Of a stretch of DNA of 58,696 nucleotides, positions 45,060 through 52,358 are shown one piece after another. Both the position numbers and the translations under genes were made by a program. Numbering within the stretch: the first letter of the stretch is position 1; each line of letters opens with the position of its first letter. The notes under the pieces were generated by a model. That model made no database searches. It saw only the letters and a program-made list of their open reading frames with translations, and had not been told where the DNA came from. The stretch covers positions 1-58,696 of the forward strand of contig CAZFJU010000002.1 of the NCBI GenBank assembly GCA_964518995.1, in the 5' to 3' direction. The stretch comes from an uncultured Gammaproteobacteria bacterium (GTDB lineage: Bacteria > Pseudomonadota > Gammaproteobacteria > Steroidobacterales > Rariloculaceae).

Positions 45060-46310
45060 TCAGTCGTATCCGCCAAACATGAACAGGGAGGCGTTTTCGT
45101 CGAGCGCGTTTATCAGGCCGTGCAGGTTGCCGCCCTTCAGCATTGCTATGTGGCCGGGACGCAGCGTGCGCACCTCGAAGCAGCGCTCACGCTCTGGCAT
45201 CTTGCACCAGTCGCCGACGACCATGAAGCCGCGGCCCTCCATCATTAGAAAAATCTCCTGGTTATCCCGGTGCCGATGAAGGCCGATGCCGCAGTGAGGC
45301 CGCATGATGTGCAGATCCATGTAGTCAACGGCCATAAAGTTTTCCCAACGCACCTGGGCGGCTTTCTGCCCGAACGCGTCGAACATCCACGGCTCGATTT
45401 GCCTGCCGAGCTCCGGGCGGCCCGCGTAGCGGCCGTAGTTGGACATCAGGTTGCGGTACTCGAGGAAGTTGACGCCGCCGTGCGGGTTGGGGCTCATCCC
45501 CACACTGAGGTAATGCTCCCAGCCGCGTAGAATCATGTTGAACTCGTAGTGGTAGTTGGCGCCGTCCTTGGAGTCCCAAAACGACTCGGAGCCGTCGGCC
45601 CACGCGACCTCGACATGCAGCGGCAAAATCGGGTGCATCGAGTTGCCTGGCGCGACATCGACCATGTAAGCGTCGCTGACGTCCTCGCGGCGGAAGTCGC
45701 TTGTGCTGCCTCGGACGAGGTCCGTTCGCACTTGCAGCTCGTCGCGCGCCATCGCCGCCTGGCCTTTCGTGTCCAGCAGGCTTTGTAGATTCGAGCCCGG
45801 GTAACCCCACAGCTCGACCTCGTAACGGTCGCTCGCCTCGTTGTATGGCACAGTGAGTAGCGAGGACGCAGCCGAGCCGTTGATCTTGACCCACGCCTTG
45901 ATCGACGCACCCAGCCTATGCGCCGAGGCTTCGGAGAGCTTCGAGTCGGGGCCCCCGCGATAGGACAGGCGGATGAACGGCCCGGTCCAGCTCCCGGCGG
46001 TCACGAGGCCGCGAACGAGGTGCGCATCCGTTGTGCGGAAATCGCGGACGTTCTGTTTCTGGAAGTCCGTCTTGACGTCCTGCAGCCGAGCATCCAGCTG
46101 ATCCTGATTCGGCGGGCTTGGGCCGTACAGCTCGAGAAATTCGAACGGGAACAGATACTGCAAGTGCTCGGTCGCGTAGAACTCACGCTCGGCAGCCAAC
46201 TCCACCCGTTCGATCAACCCCATGATGCGTAGAAGCGGATTGCTCGAGTCGTAGTTCGGCTGAGTGCCCGGCGCGACGCGAAAGACGCTGTCCGAGTGCA
46301 GGATGTCCAT
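45060..46310 (-). CDS. cupin-domain protein with N-terminal CBM21-like starch/glycogen-binding module (cupin B)
   Basis: C-terminal cupin GLHRHRDNQEIFLMMEGRGFMVVGD..LRPGHIAMLKGGNLHGLIN. Upstream, LHVEVAWADGSESFWDSKDGANYHYEF matches the CBM21 terminal motif (FWDNNDGxNY). No signal peptide. Confidence 0.7.
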   Translation of the reverse strand: MDILHSDSVFRVAPGTQPNYDSSNPLLRIMGLIERVELAAEREFYATEHLQYLFPFEFLELYGPSPPNQDQLDARLQDVKTDFQKQNVRDFRTTDAHLVRGLVTAGSWTGPFIRLSYRGGPDSKLSEASAHRLGASIKAWVKINGSAASSLLTVPYNEASDRYEVELWGYPGSNLQSLLDTKGQAAMARDELQVRTDLVRGSTSDFRREDVSDAYMVDVAPGNSMHPILPLHVEVAWADGSESFWDSKDGANYHYEFNMILRGWEHYLSVGMSPNPHGGVNFLEYRNLMSNYGRYAGRPELGRQIEPWMFDAFGQKAAQVRWENFMAVDYMDLHIMRPHCGIGLHRHRDNQEIFLMMEGRGFMVVGDWCKMPERERCFEVRTLRPGHIAMLKGGNLHGLINALDENASLFMFGGYD

Positions 46311-46334
46311 TTCGTTTCCTCGACGCGCGGCGTT

Positions 46335-47468
46335 CTACGTCGTGTGATACAGGAAGGCGACGAACTTGAGCGGCTCGCTGCTCGGGTTGACGATGCCATG
46401 AATGCCGCCGCTCTTCGTGAAAATCACGTTGCCGGCGCGCACGGGCAGCTCCTTGCACGGGCGGCGATCCATGCCGAAGATCGAACGCTCGACGGTCGGA
46501 AACCCCGAAAGATTCGGGTCGTCGTTCTCGCCCATGTACGCAAGCCCTTCGCCCGAGATAATGTAATAGAGCTCCTCGGTGCCGATATGCCGGTGAGTCC
46601 CCTCCACCTTTCCGGGCGGAACCGTGACCTCGTGGAAGAACACGAGCGACCCGCCGAGCTCGCGCTGCAGAAGCCAGCGCATCTCGACGATGTTGTCGTC
46701 GTGACGTTCGGGATCGTCCGCGTTCATCATCGCGTTGCGGTAGCGAACCGGCGCAAAGTCTTCGGCCTGCAGGAACCAGCCACGGCGGAAGTCGAAGAAA
46801 TAGTTCTCGTCCTTGATGGTGTTCTCCCCCGCGCTAGGGGCCTGCGTGCGCGGCTCCTCGTGCGTCCGCAGGTAGTTGTTGTCCCACTGCGGCTGTTTGA
46901 TTTCCCAGCCGAACGGCAGATCGCGGTCGTTCTCGCGGAACGCGAGCTCGAGCTGGCGCAGCTTTGCGAGGTCCTTGAGCGCAGGGTCGAGCTGCCGCGC
47001 GCGCGTAATCGAGTTGCTAGCGCCCATGAGGTCGAGCACAGAGAAGTCGTGTGACTTTCCGGCCGGCGGCTCCAACGTCTCCCAGAGCTCGACCTGATAC
47101 GCGTCCACCCAGGGGCAGTAGCGCATCTTCAGTGTGGCCTCGGCCGTCTCGAGCCCTTCCGGTCGAGTGCGGATCCAGACAAGCAGCTCACCTTTCAGAA
47201 ACCGTCCCTCCTCACGAGCGAGCTCGACGAGACGGCTCGCCCGATACTCGATACGCAGAAAGTTGGTCAGGAACTCGCCATCGAGATACACCTCGCCTTT
47301 CATCACACCGATGTCGAGCTGGTTGCGGACTTCGCGCACGTTGTAGCGATAGCGCTTGCTGCGCGTCGCATTCAGGTAGGCCGCGTGATAGATGCGGTCT
47401 GGGTAGAAGACGACCCGGAAGATCTGGTTCTCCGGGTCGGTGAACAGTCGGTTGAAACGATCGTCCAT
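46335..47468 (-). CDS. cupin-domain protein, paralog of cupin B (cupin A)
   Basis: Cupin GTHRHIGTEELYYIISGEGLAYMGE..VRAGNVIFTKSGGIHGIVN. N-terminal region is colinear with cupin B (FRVVFYP / FRVAPGT; AYQVELWETLEP / RYEVELWGYPGS) with a degenerate QWDNNY motif. No signal peptide. Confidence 0.7.
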   Translation of the reverse strand: MDDRFNRLFTDPENQIFRVVFYPDRIYHAAYLNATRSKRYRYNVREVRNQLDIGVMKGEVYLDGEFLTNFLRIEYRASRLVELAREEGRFLKGELLVWIRTRPEGLETAEATLKMRYCPWVDAYQVELWETLEPPAGKSHDFSVLDLMGASNSITRARQLDPALKDLAKLRQLELAFRENDRDLPFGWEIKQPQWDNNYLRTHEEPRTQAPSAGENTIKDENYFFDFRRGWFLQAEDFAPVRYRNAMMNADDPERHDDNIVEMRWLLQRELGGSLVFFHEVTVPPGKVEGTHRHIGTEELYYIISGEGLAYMGENDDPNLSGFPTVERSIFGMDRRPCKELPVRAGNVIFTKSGGIHGIVNPSSEPLKFVAFLYHTT

Positions 47469-47471
47469 GGG

Positions 47472-49268
47472 CTACACCAAAGGGACCAGCACCTCGGCCA
47501 CACGGAATGCGTTGGCTTGAATGGTCAGCGTGGGGTTGGCGCCGCCGCTCGTCGGCATGAACGCGCCGTCGGTCACGTACAGATTGTCGAAATTCCACGC
47601 GCGGCAATTCGGGTCGAGCACCGAGTCATTCGGGTCCGTGCCGAAGCGAGCGCCGCCGAGAATGTGGTTCGCGATGCGCACGAGCCCGTTCGGCGCGAGG
47701 TATACGCCGCCGAGCTCGTTGACGGGATAGTTGCCCTGACCGCCGTCACCGCCAAAGCGCAGCACGCGTGCACATTGCTCGGCCAGCGTGTCCATCAGAA
47801 AGCGGTCGTGCGCATGCCAGTCCTTGATGATGTAGGCGACGCGGCGGCCCCACTTATCGCGAATCGAAGGATGCAGCTCGATCCGGTTCGAGCGCAGCGG
47901 CACTTGATTGGCCATAAAGCTTACGGACAGACGCGTACCGAAGTTCGCGTCCATCCATGCGACGAGTCTCTCGCCGGTCATATCCGTGTCGTCTACGAAG
48001 GATCTCCAGATCGTGTCGAGGTCCTGGCTGCCGTGCGTCCGCGCGAGCGAAATCGGCAGCGCCTGATCCGAAGTGTTGTTGTACATCGCGCCGCCCGCCC
48101 ACAGTCCGTTACTCCTGATGAAGTCGTCCGTGGCACAGAAGTCGGTCGCCCAGTCGCTGTCGAGCGAGATCGATTTATCGTAGCGACCAGGCATGATCGC
48201 TTCGGCGCCACCGAAACAGTGGGTCAGGAAATATGCACCGAGCAGCCCGCTCGCCTCCATGCGCGCCGCGAACGCCGAATCCAATTCCCCGGAAAGCTTG
48301 AGTAGCCGCACCGACTCGATCGCAGAACAGGCCACGACGACGATCTCGCCCTGCACCGTGCGCGGCGCGCCTCCCGGATCGCGAAAGTGCACCTTCGTGA
48401 CGTTCGCGCCGCTCGCCTCGAGGTGGGTCACAACGCAGTTCGGTCTCACCTCGAGATCCGTCTGACCCACGATCGGCCAAAGCAGCGATACCCACGCGTT
48501 CGACTTCAAGCCCATCGGGTCGCCGTAGCGATTCACGTAACCCGTCTTCGGCGGATACGCGTTGCGGCCGCTCGGCGCATGATCCTCCGTAATCACGGCC
48601 AGCGGCGTGCGATAACGCGGCATGCCGAGCGCGTCCATGCCGATCTCCGCGAAGCGACTGATCGGATTCGGCCCGATCGGCGTCTGGTAGTGATCCACGC
48701 TTGCCGGCTTGGCTTGGTTCGCGCGCGTGCCGTTAATCCCAACGAGCCTTTCGGCCTCACAGTAGTACGGCTCGAGATCGTCGTAGGTGATCGGCCAGTC
48801 GCGCGCTTCCCGCTGAACGTCGCCGGTCGGATCGTTGCGGATATCCGTGCGGCCGTCGTTATACGAGCGCAGCCTGAAGTCGTCGGGCGTGAAGCGCAGC
48901 GAGACGGCTCCATATAGATTTGTGCCGCCGCCGACGACCTGCGCTGTGTACCCTTCGATGGTCACGCGGTCGCTCCCGTCGGCGCTGCGATAGATGTGCG
49001 GCTCGTCGTTGAGGTCCGGCTCGACGTGACTCGTATAAAAGGACTCGCCTTGGTTTGCGACCGGATGCTGAATGCGCTTCTCGCTGCCTGTAGCCAGCAA
49101 CTCGTCACGTTTGAACTCGCTGATCCCACGCGGATCCTGATGCTGCGCGCTCAGCTGAGGGCCCTTCTCGAGGATACAGACCGATTTTCCCGCCTGCGCG
49201 AGCACGTTCGCGATCGGTGCCCCACCCGCCCCGCTGCCGATGATCACGATATCGAACTGGTCACGCAT
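47472..49268 (-). CDS. GMC family FAD-dependent oxidoreductase (gluconate 2-dehydrogenase flavoprotein-subunit-like)
   Basis: FDIVIIGSGAGGAPIANVLAQAGKSVCILEKG (ADP-binding fold). C-terminal NLYVTDGAFMPTSGGANPTLTIQANAFRVAE. About 598 aa, as for dehydrogenase alpha subunits. No signal peptide. Confidence 0.9.
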   Translation of the reverse strand: MRDQFDIVIIGSGAGGAPIANVLAQAGKSVCILEKGPQLSAQHQDPRGISEFKRDELLATGSEKRIQHPVANQGESFYTSHVEPDLNDEPHIYRSADGSDRVTIEGYTAQVVGGGTNLYGAVSLRFTPDDFRLRSYNDGRTDIRNDPTGDVQREARDWPITYDDLEPYYCEAERLVGINGTRANQAKPASVDHYQTPIGPNPISRFAEIGMDALGMPRYRTPLAVITEDHAPSGRNAYPPKTGYVNRYGDPMGLKSNAWVSLLWPIVGQTDLEVRPNCVVTHLEASGANVTKVHFRDPGGAPRTVQGEIVVVACSAIESVRLLKLSGELDSAFAARMEASGLLGAYFLTHCFGGAEAIMPGRYDKSISLDSDWATDFCATDDFIRSNGLWAGGAMYNNTSDQALPISLARTHGSQDLDTIWRSFVDDTDMTGERLVAWMDANFGTRLSVSFMANQVPLRSNRIELHPSIRDKWGRRVAYIIKDWHAHDRFLMDTLAEQCARVLRFGGDGGQGNYPVNELGGVYLAPNGLVRIANHILGGARFGTDPNDSVLDPNCRAWNFDNLYVTDGAFMPTSGGANPTLTIQANAFRVAEVLVPLV

Positions 49269-49277
49269 GTTCGCCCT

Positions 49278-50321
49278 TCATCCGTGATAGTCGGGGTCGT
49301 CGCCAAGCGGCTGCTCGATGGCGCGCCGCCAGTCGAACAGCGTCTTACCCTCCGCGTCGCGGTAGCGCTCCTCGAGATAGGCCCAGCCGGCCGCGAGCGT
49401 GTTGCCGCCGTGCTTCGGGTGACAGAACGCGCCCGTGTACGTATGCCGACGCAGCAGCTGCAGGAAGAACCGCGGATTGTCATAGCGCCCGTAGTCCCAG
49501 CCCGGCACATTTCCACTGCCCATCTGGTTGTACAGGTCGACGAACATCGGCTTCGCCATAACCGCCGGCTCCTCGAACGGGTTCCGCTGCCGCAGCACGC
49601 CATCGATCAGCGACAGGCAGATCTTGTAGTCGTCGAGATAGTGGTTCTCCTCGCGCGAGATAAGCTTGTCGATGAAGTTGACCGCGCCGATGGACTGGTC
49701 TAGCAAGAACGTCTTCTCGACGAGATTCTGCTCGAGCGCGCGCTGTCCCTCTTCGGTCCTGAACGGCAGAATGTGGTCCGTCAACCGCTGCAGCAGCGCT
49801 TCCTCCCAACGTTCGAGGCTAATCGGCTGCGTGCAGTTATGCGTGAAGAAACGCGACCACGACCGCCCGTTATCGAGCACCGCGGTCAGCGGATTGATCG
49901 GATCCAGCATCGGCTCGCCGTCCACGATGAACTGATATGTGTGGACTGCGCCCTTCGGCACCGCCACGGTCAGCGCGAAGTACGGCGTACTCTCGTCGTG
50001 GAACTTAAGCTGGCGGAGCGGCAGCGCGTCAAAAAGATTAGCGAACGTCCCGATGACCGCCACCGTTTGCGGCGGCTGCGGTTGCGACTGGGACGCGAAT
50101 ACAAAGGTCACGTCGTTCAAGCCGTAGTTGGCGATGAAGTTCGTCCCATCGCTATGCGTATCGACGATTGGAAATCGCCATGGCTCACAGATGCGTGCTC
50201 GATAACTGGCCGGGTCGTACTGGCCGAAGTTATGGCGAGCTTCTGCACTGTCGCGCGCGATGTACTTGGCGCAATAGTTCAGAACATCGACGTCGGGACG
50301 ATCAACGATCTGAACCGCCAT
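49278..50321 (-). CDS. gluconate 2-dehydrogenase subunit-3-like small subunit fused to an N-terminal CBM48/AMPK-beta-type glycogen-binding module; no Tat signal
   Basis: C-terminal HTYTGAFCHPKHGGNTLAAGWAYL matches the subunit-3 signature (GYFCDPxYGGNxxxAxW). N-terminal VTFVFAS..VAVIGTFANLFDALPLRQLKF..YFALTVAVPKGAVHTYQFIVDGEPMLDPINP matches the AMPK-beta/CBM48 pattern. GGGAGGGA lies upstream of ATG 50321. Confidence 0.75.
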   Translation of the reverse strand: MAVQIVDRPDVDVLNYCAKYIARDSAEARHNFGQYDPASYRARICEPWRFPIVDTHSDGTNFIANYGLNDVTFVFASQSQPQPPQTVAVIGTFANLFDALPLRQLKFHDESTPYFALTVAVPKGAVHTYQFIVDGEPMLDPINPLTAVLDNGRSWSRFFTHNCTQPISLERWEEALLQRLTDHILPFRTEEGQRALEQNLVEKTFLLDQSIGAVNFIDKLISREENHYLDDYKICLSLIDGVLRQRNPFEEPAVMAKPMFVDLYNQMGSGNVPGWDYGRYDNPRFFLQLLRRHTYTGAFCHPKHGGNTLAAGWAYLEERYRDAEGKTLFDWRRAIEQPLGDDPDYHG

Positions 50322-50633
50322 GCTTCCCTCCCGCGGACAAGACTATTTGTAAACGGGGCAAGGGTCGCCGTCAATGCCCCGCAGCGTCGAAGGCAGCCGG
50401 AGCACGCTATCTAGGTAGCGTTGCCTATCGTCGACACCACGGATCGCGTCATAGAAGCTCGTGCGGAGCTGCCAACCCAATCTTCAATCCGAGCAATTAC
50501 CGCAAGCATGCCTAGACACTCCGTCGTTTTCGGACCGAGAGCGGCTAGCTCATTCCACTCTCGAGACATAACGCACTACGCAATGTTCGTCGTATCTGTT
50601 ATTCTCAGGACCTTCCGTATGAAGGAATACCTC

Positions 50634-50912
50634 ATGTTCAGAATACCACCCGTCAGCGTCTTTAAAGTAATCTTCAGCGCTTCTGTCCTCGGCAGCCTCG
50701 GAATGTGGCTGACTGGGATTCGCGCATGGTGGCTTGTTGCACTTCCCGCAGCACTTTTCGTGGGGCTGTATGCCCTGGAGTTCCTGTTTGCCGCATTGTG
50801 CATTGCGTTCAACAAACTTATCCCCCAAGAGCCGCCACGCGCCAGACCGAAGGCCGCTACGTCGAGAATCAGCATTCCAGCGAAGACGGAATCCAGCGCT
50901 TCGACACATTGA
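50634..50912 (+). CDS. small hypothetical two-TM membrane protein
   Basis: GAAGGA lies 7 nt upstream of ATG 50634. MFRIPPVSVFKVIFSASVLGSLGMWLTGIRAWWLVALPAALFVGLYALEFLFAALCIAF gives two or three hydrophobic helices. It sits in a visibly lower-GC patch. No homology recognised. Confidence 0.3.
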   Translation: MFRIPPVSVFKVIFSASVLGSLGMWLTGIRAWWLVALPAALFVGLYALEFLFAALCIAFNKLIPQEPPRARPKAATSRISIPAKTESSASTH

Positions 50913-51199
50913 AACGGGTGGAACGGAGATATTCAGCGGCGTGGACGCGGACGGTTCGAGATGAATCGTACTCGGCGTACCCGCGGCGGCGAGGCAACCG
51001 GGTCGGTTATTTGTACAGCTCGCATAGTCGCGCCTCACCGTGTGCTGCTTCAGTTATCAGCCGAACCTTGACATGGTGAGAGTGGCAGCAGCGGGCCATT
51101 GCAAGCAGGACGCCTGCAATGGTCATGCCGCTGCGGTGTGCTCGCTCTCGCTCTTACAGGGCGTCACGCGCAACCGTCGTTGCACGGGAAGCGGCGGTG

Positions 51200-52192
51200 T
51201 CAGGCCGCTCCGCCGCCCGCCACAGCGGCGATGATCTCGAACGAACGCAGTCGTTTGGCAGGATCAAACATGTCGGAAACGATCATCAGTTCGTCCGCCT
51301 GAGTCCGCTGGATGAACGCTTCCATCCCCCTGCGCACGGCGTCCGGCCCGCCGATAATGGAGCCGCCGAGCATCTGCGCGACCTGCGCTTTCTCCTGCGG
51401 CGTCCAGTATGCCTCGATGTCTTCAATGGGCGGCCGGGTGAGCTCGCGCTCGCCCCGGAAGATATCCACGAACGACATCTGCTGCGAGGTCGCCAGAAAC
51501 CGCGCCTCGTCGTCGGTTTCCGCCGCGATGACGTTCAACCCGGCCAGAACATAGGGGCGAGCGAGCTGCTTCGACGGCTTGAATCGCTCGCGGTAGATTT
51601 TCAGCGCCGCGTCTAACATTTGCGGGGCGAAATGCGACGCGAAGCCATAGGGAAGGCCGAGCTCCGCCGCCAGCTGCGCGCCGAACAGGCTCGATCCCAG
51701 AATCCACAGCGGCACCTCCGTGCCCGAACCCGGAACCGCCTCGATCCGCTGCCCCCGCCCAACCGGCGCCAAAAACGCCTGCAGCTCGAGGACATCCTGC
51801 GGAAAGTTTTCCGCGTTGGCAGGGTCGCGGCGGAGCGCGCGGAGCGTCAGCTGATCCGTGCCCGGCGCTCGCCCGAGCCCCAGGTCGATGCGCCCGGGAA
51901 ACAACGTTTCGAGCGTGCCGAACTGCTCAGCGATGATATAGGGCGCGTGATTGGGAAGCATGATGCCGCCCGCGCCGACGCGAATCGTTGTCGTGCCGGC
52001 CGCGATATGGCCGATCACCAGCGAGGTTGCCGCCGTGGTGACGGCCGGCATGTTGTGATGCTCGGCGACCCAGATTCGCCTGTACCCCCACGTTTCGACA
52101 TGCTGGGCCAACGAGCGGGCCTCATCCAGGGCGGTGCGGCGATCAGAACCCTGGCGCACACGGCCGAGCTCGAGGACAGAGAGTTCAATCAT
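51200..52192 (-). CDS. LLM-class (luciferase-like) flavin-dependent oxidoreductase
   Basis: [90 protein letters not shown] is the characteristic YhbW/MsnO8-type LLM N-terminal half. Confidence 0.9.
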   Translation of the reverse strand: MIELSVLELGRVRQGSDRRTALDEARSLAQHVETWGYRRIWVAEHHNMPAVTTAATSLVIGHIAAGTTTIRVGAGGIMLPNHAPYIIAEQFGTLETLFPGRIDLGLGRAPGTDQLTLRALRRDPANAENFPQDVLELQAFLAPVGRGQRIEAVPGSGTEVPLWILGSSLFGAQLAAELGLPYGFASHFAPQMLDAALKIYRERFKPSKQLARPYVLAGLNVIAAETDDEARFLATSQQMSFVDIFRGERELTRPPIEDIEAYWTPQEKAQVAQMLGGSIIGGPDAVRRGMEAFIQRTQADELMIVSDMFDPAKRLRSFEIIAAVAGGGAA

Positions 52193-52307
52193 GATGTGCT
52201 CCTATGGAAGCTAAGCCCCGGCGAGGGTCGCCAAGGGCTGGCGTCACCGCAAGACCAGCGATGGCAGCGGGGCGTTCGCCAGCGAGGAGCGCGTCGTGCC
52301 GAACAGG

Positions 52308-52339
52308 CGAAAGCCCCCGGATTGCGCCGGGGGCTTTCG
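52308..52339. terminator. stem-loop terminator downstream of G8 copy 2, nearly identical in sequence to the hairpin after copy 1
   Basis: CGAAAGCCCCCGG (52308..52320), loop ATTGCG, CCGGGGGCTTTCG (52327..52339): a 13-bp stem, 20 nt after the G8 stop. The core AGCCCCCGG-N-GCGCCGGGGGCT is shared with 38065..38090. Confidence 0.55.
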
Positions 52340-52358
52340 TTACTCAGCGGAGCTGAAT

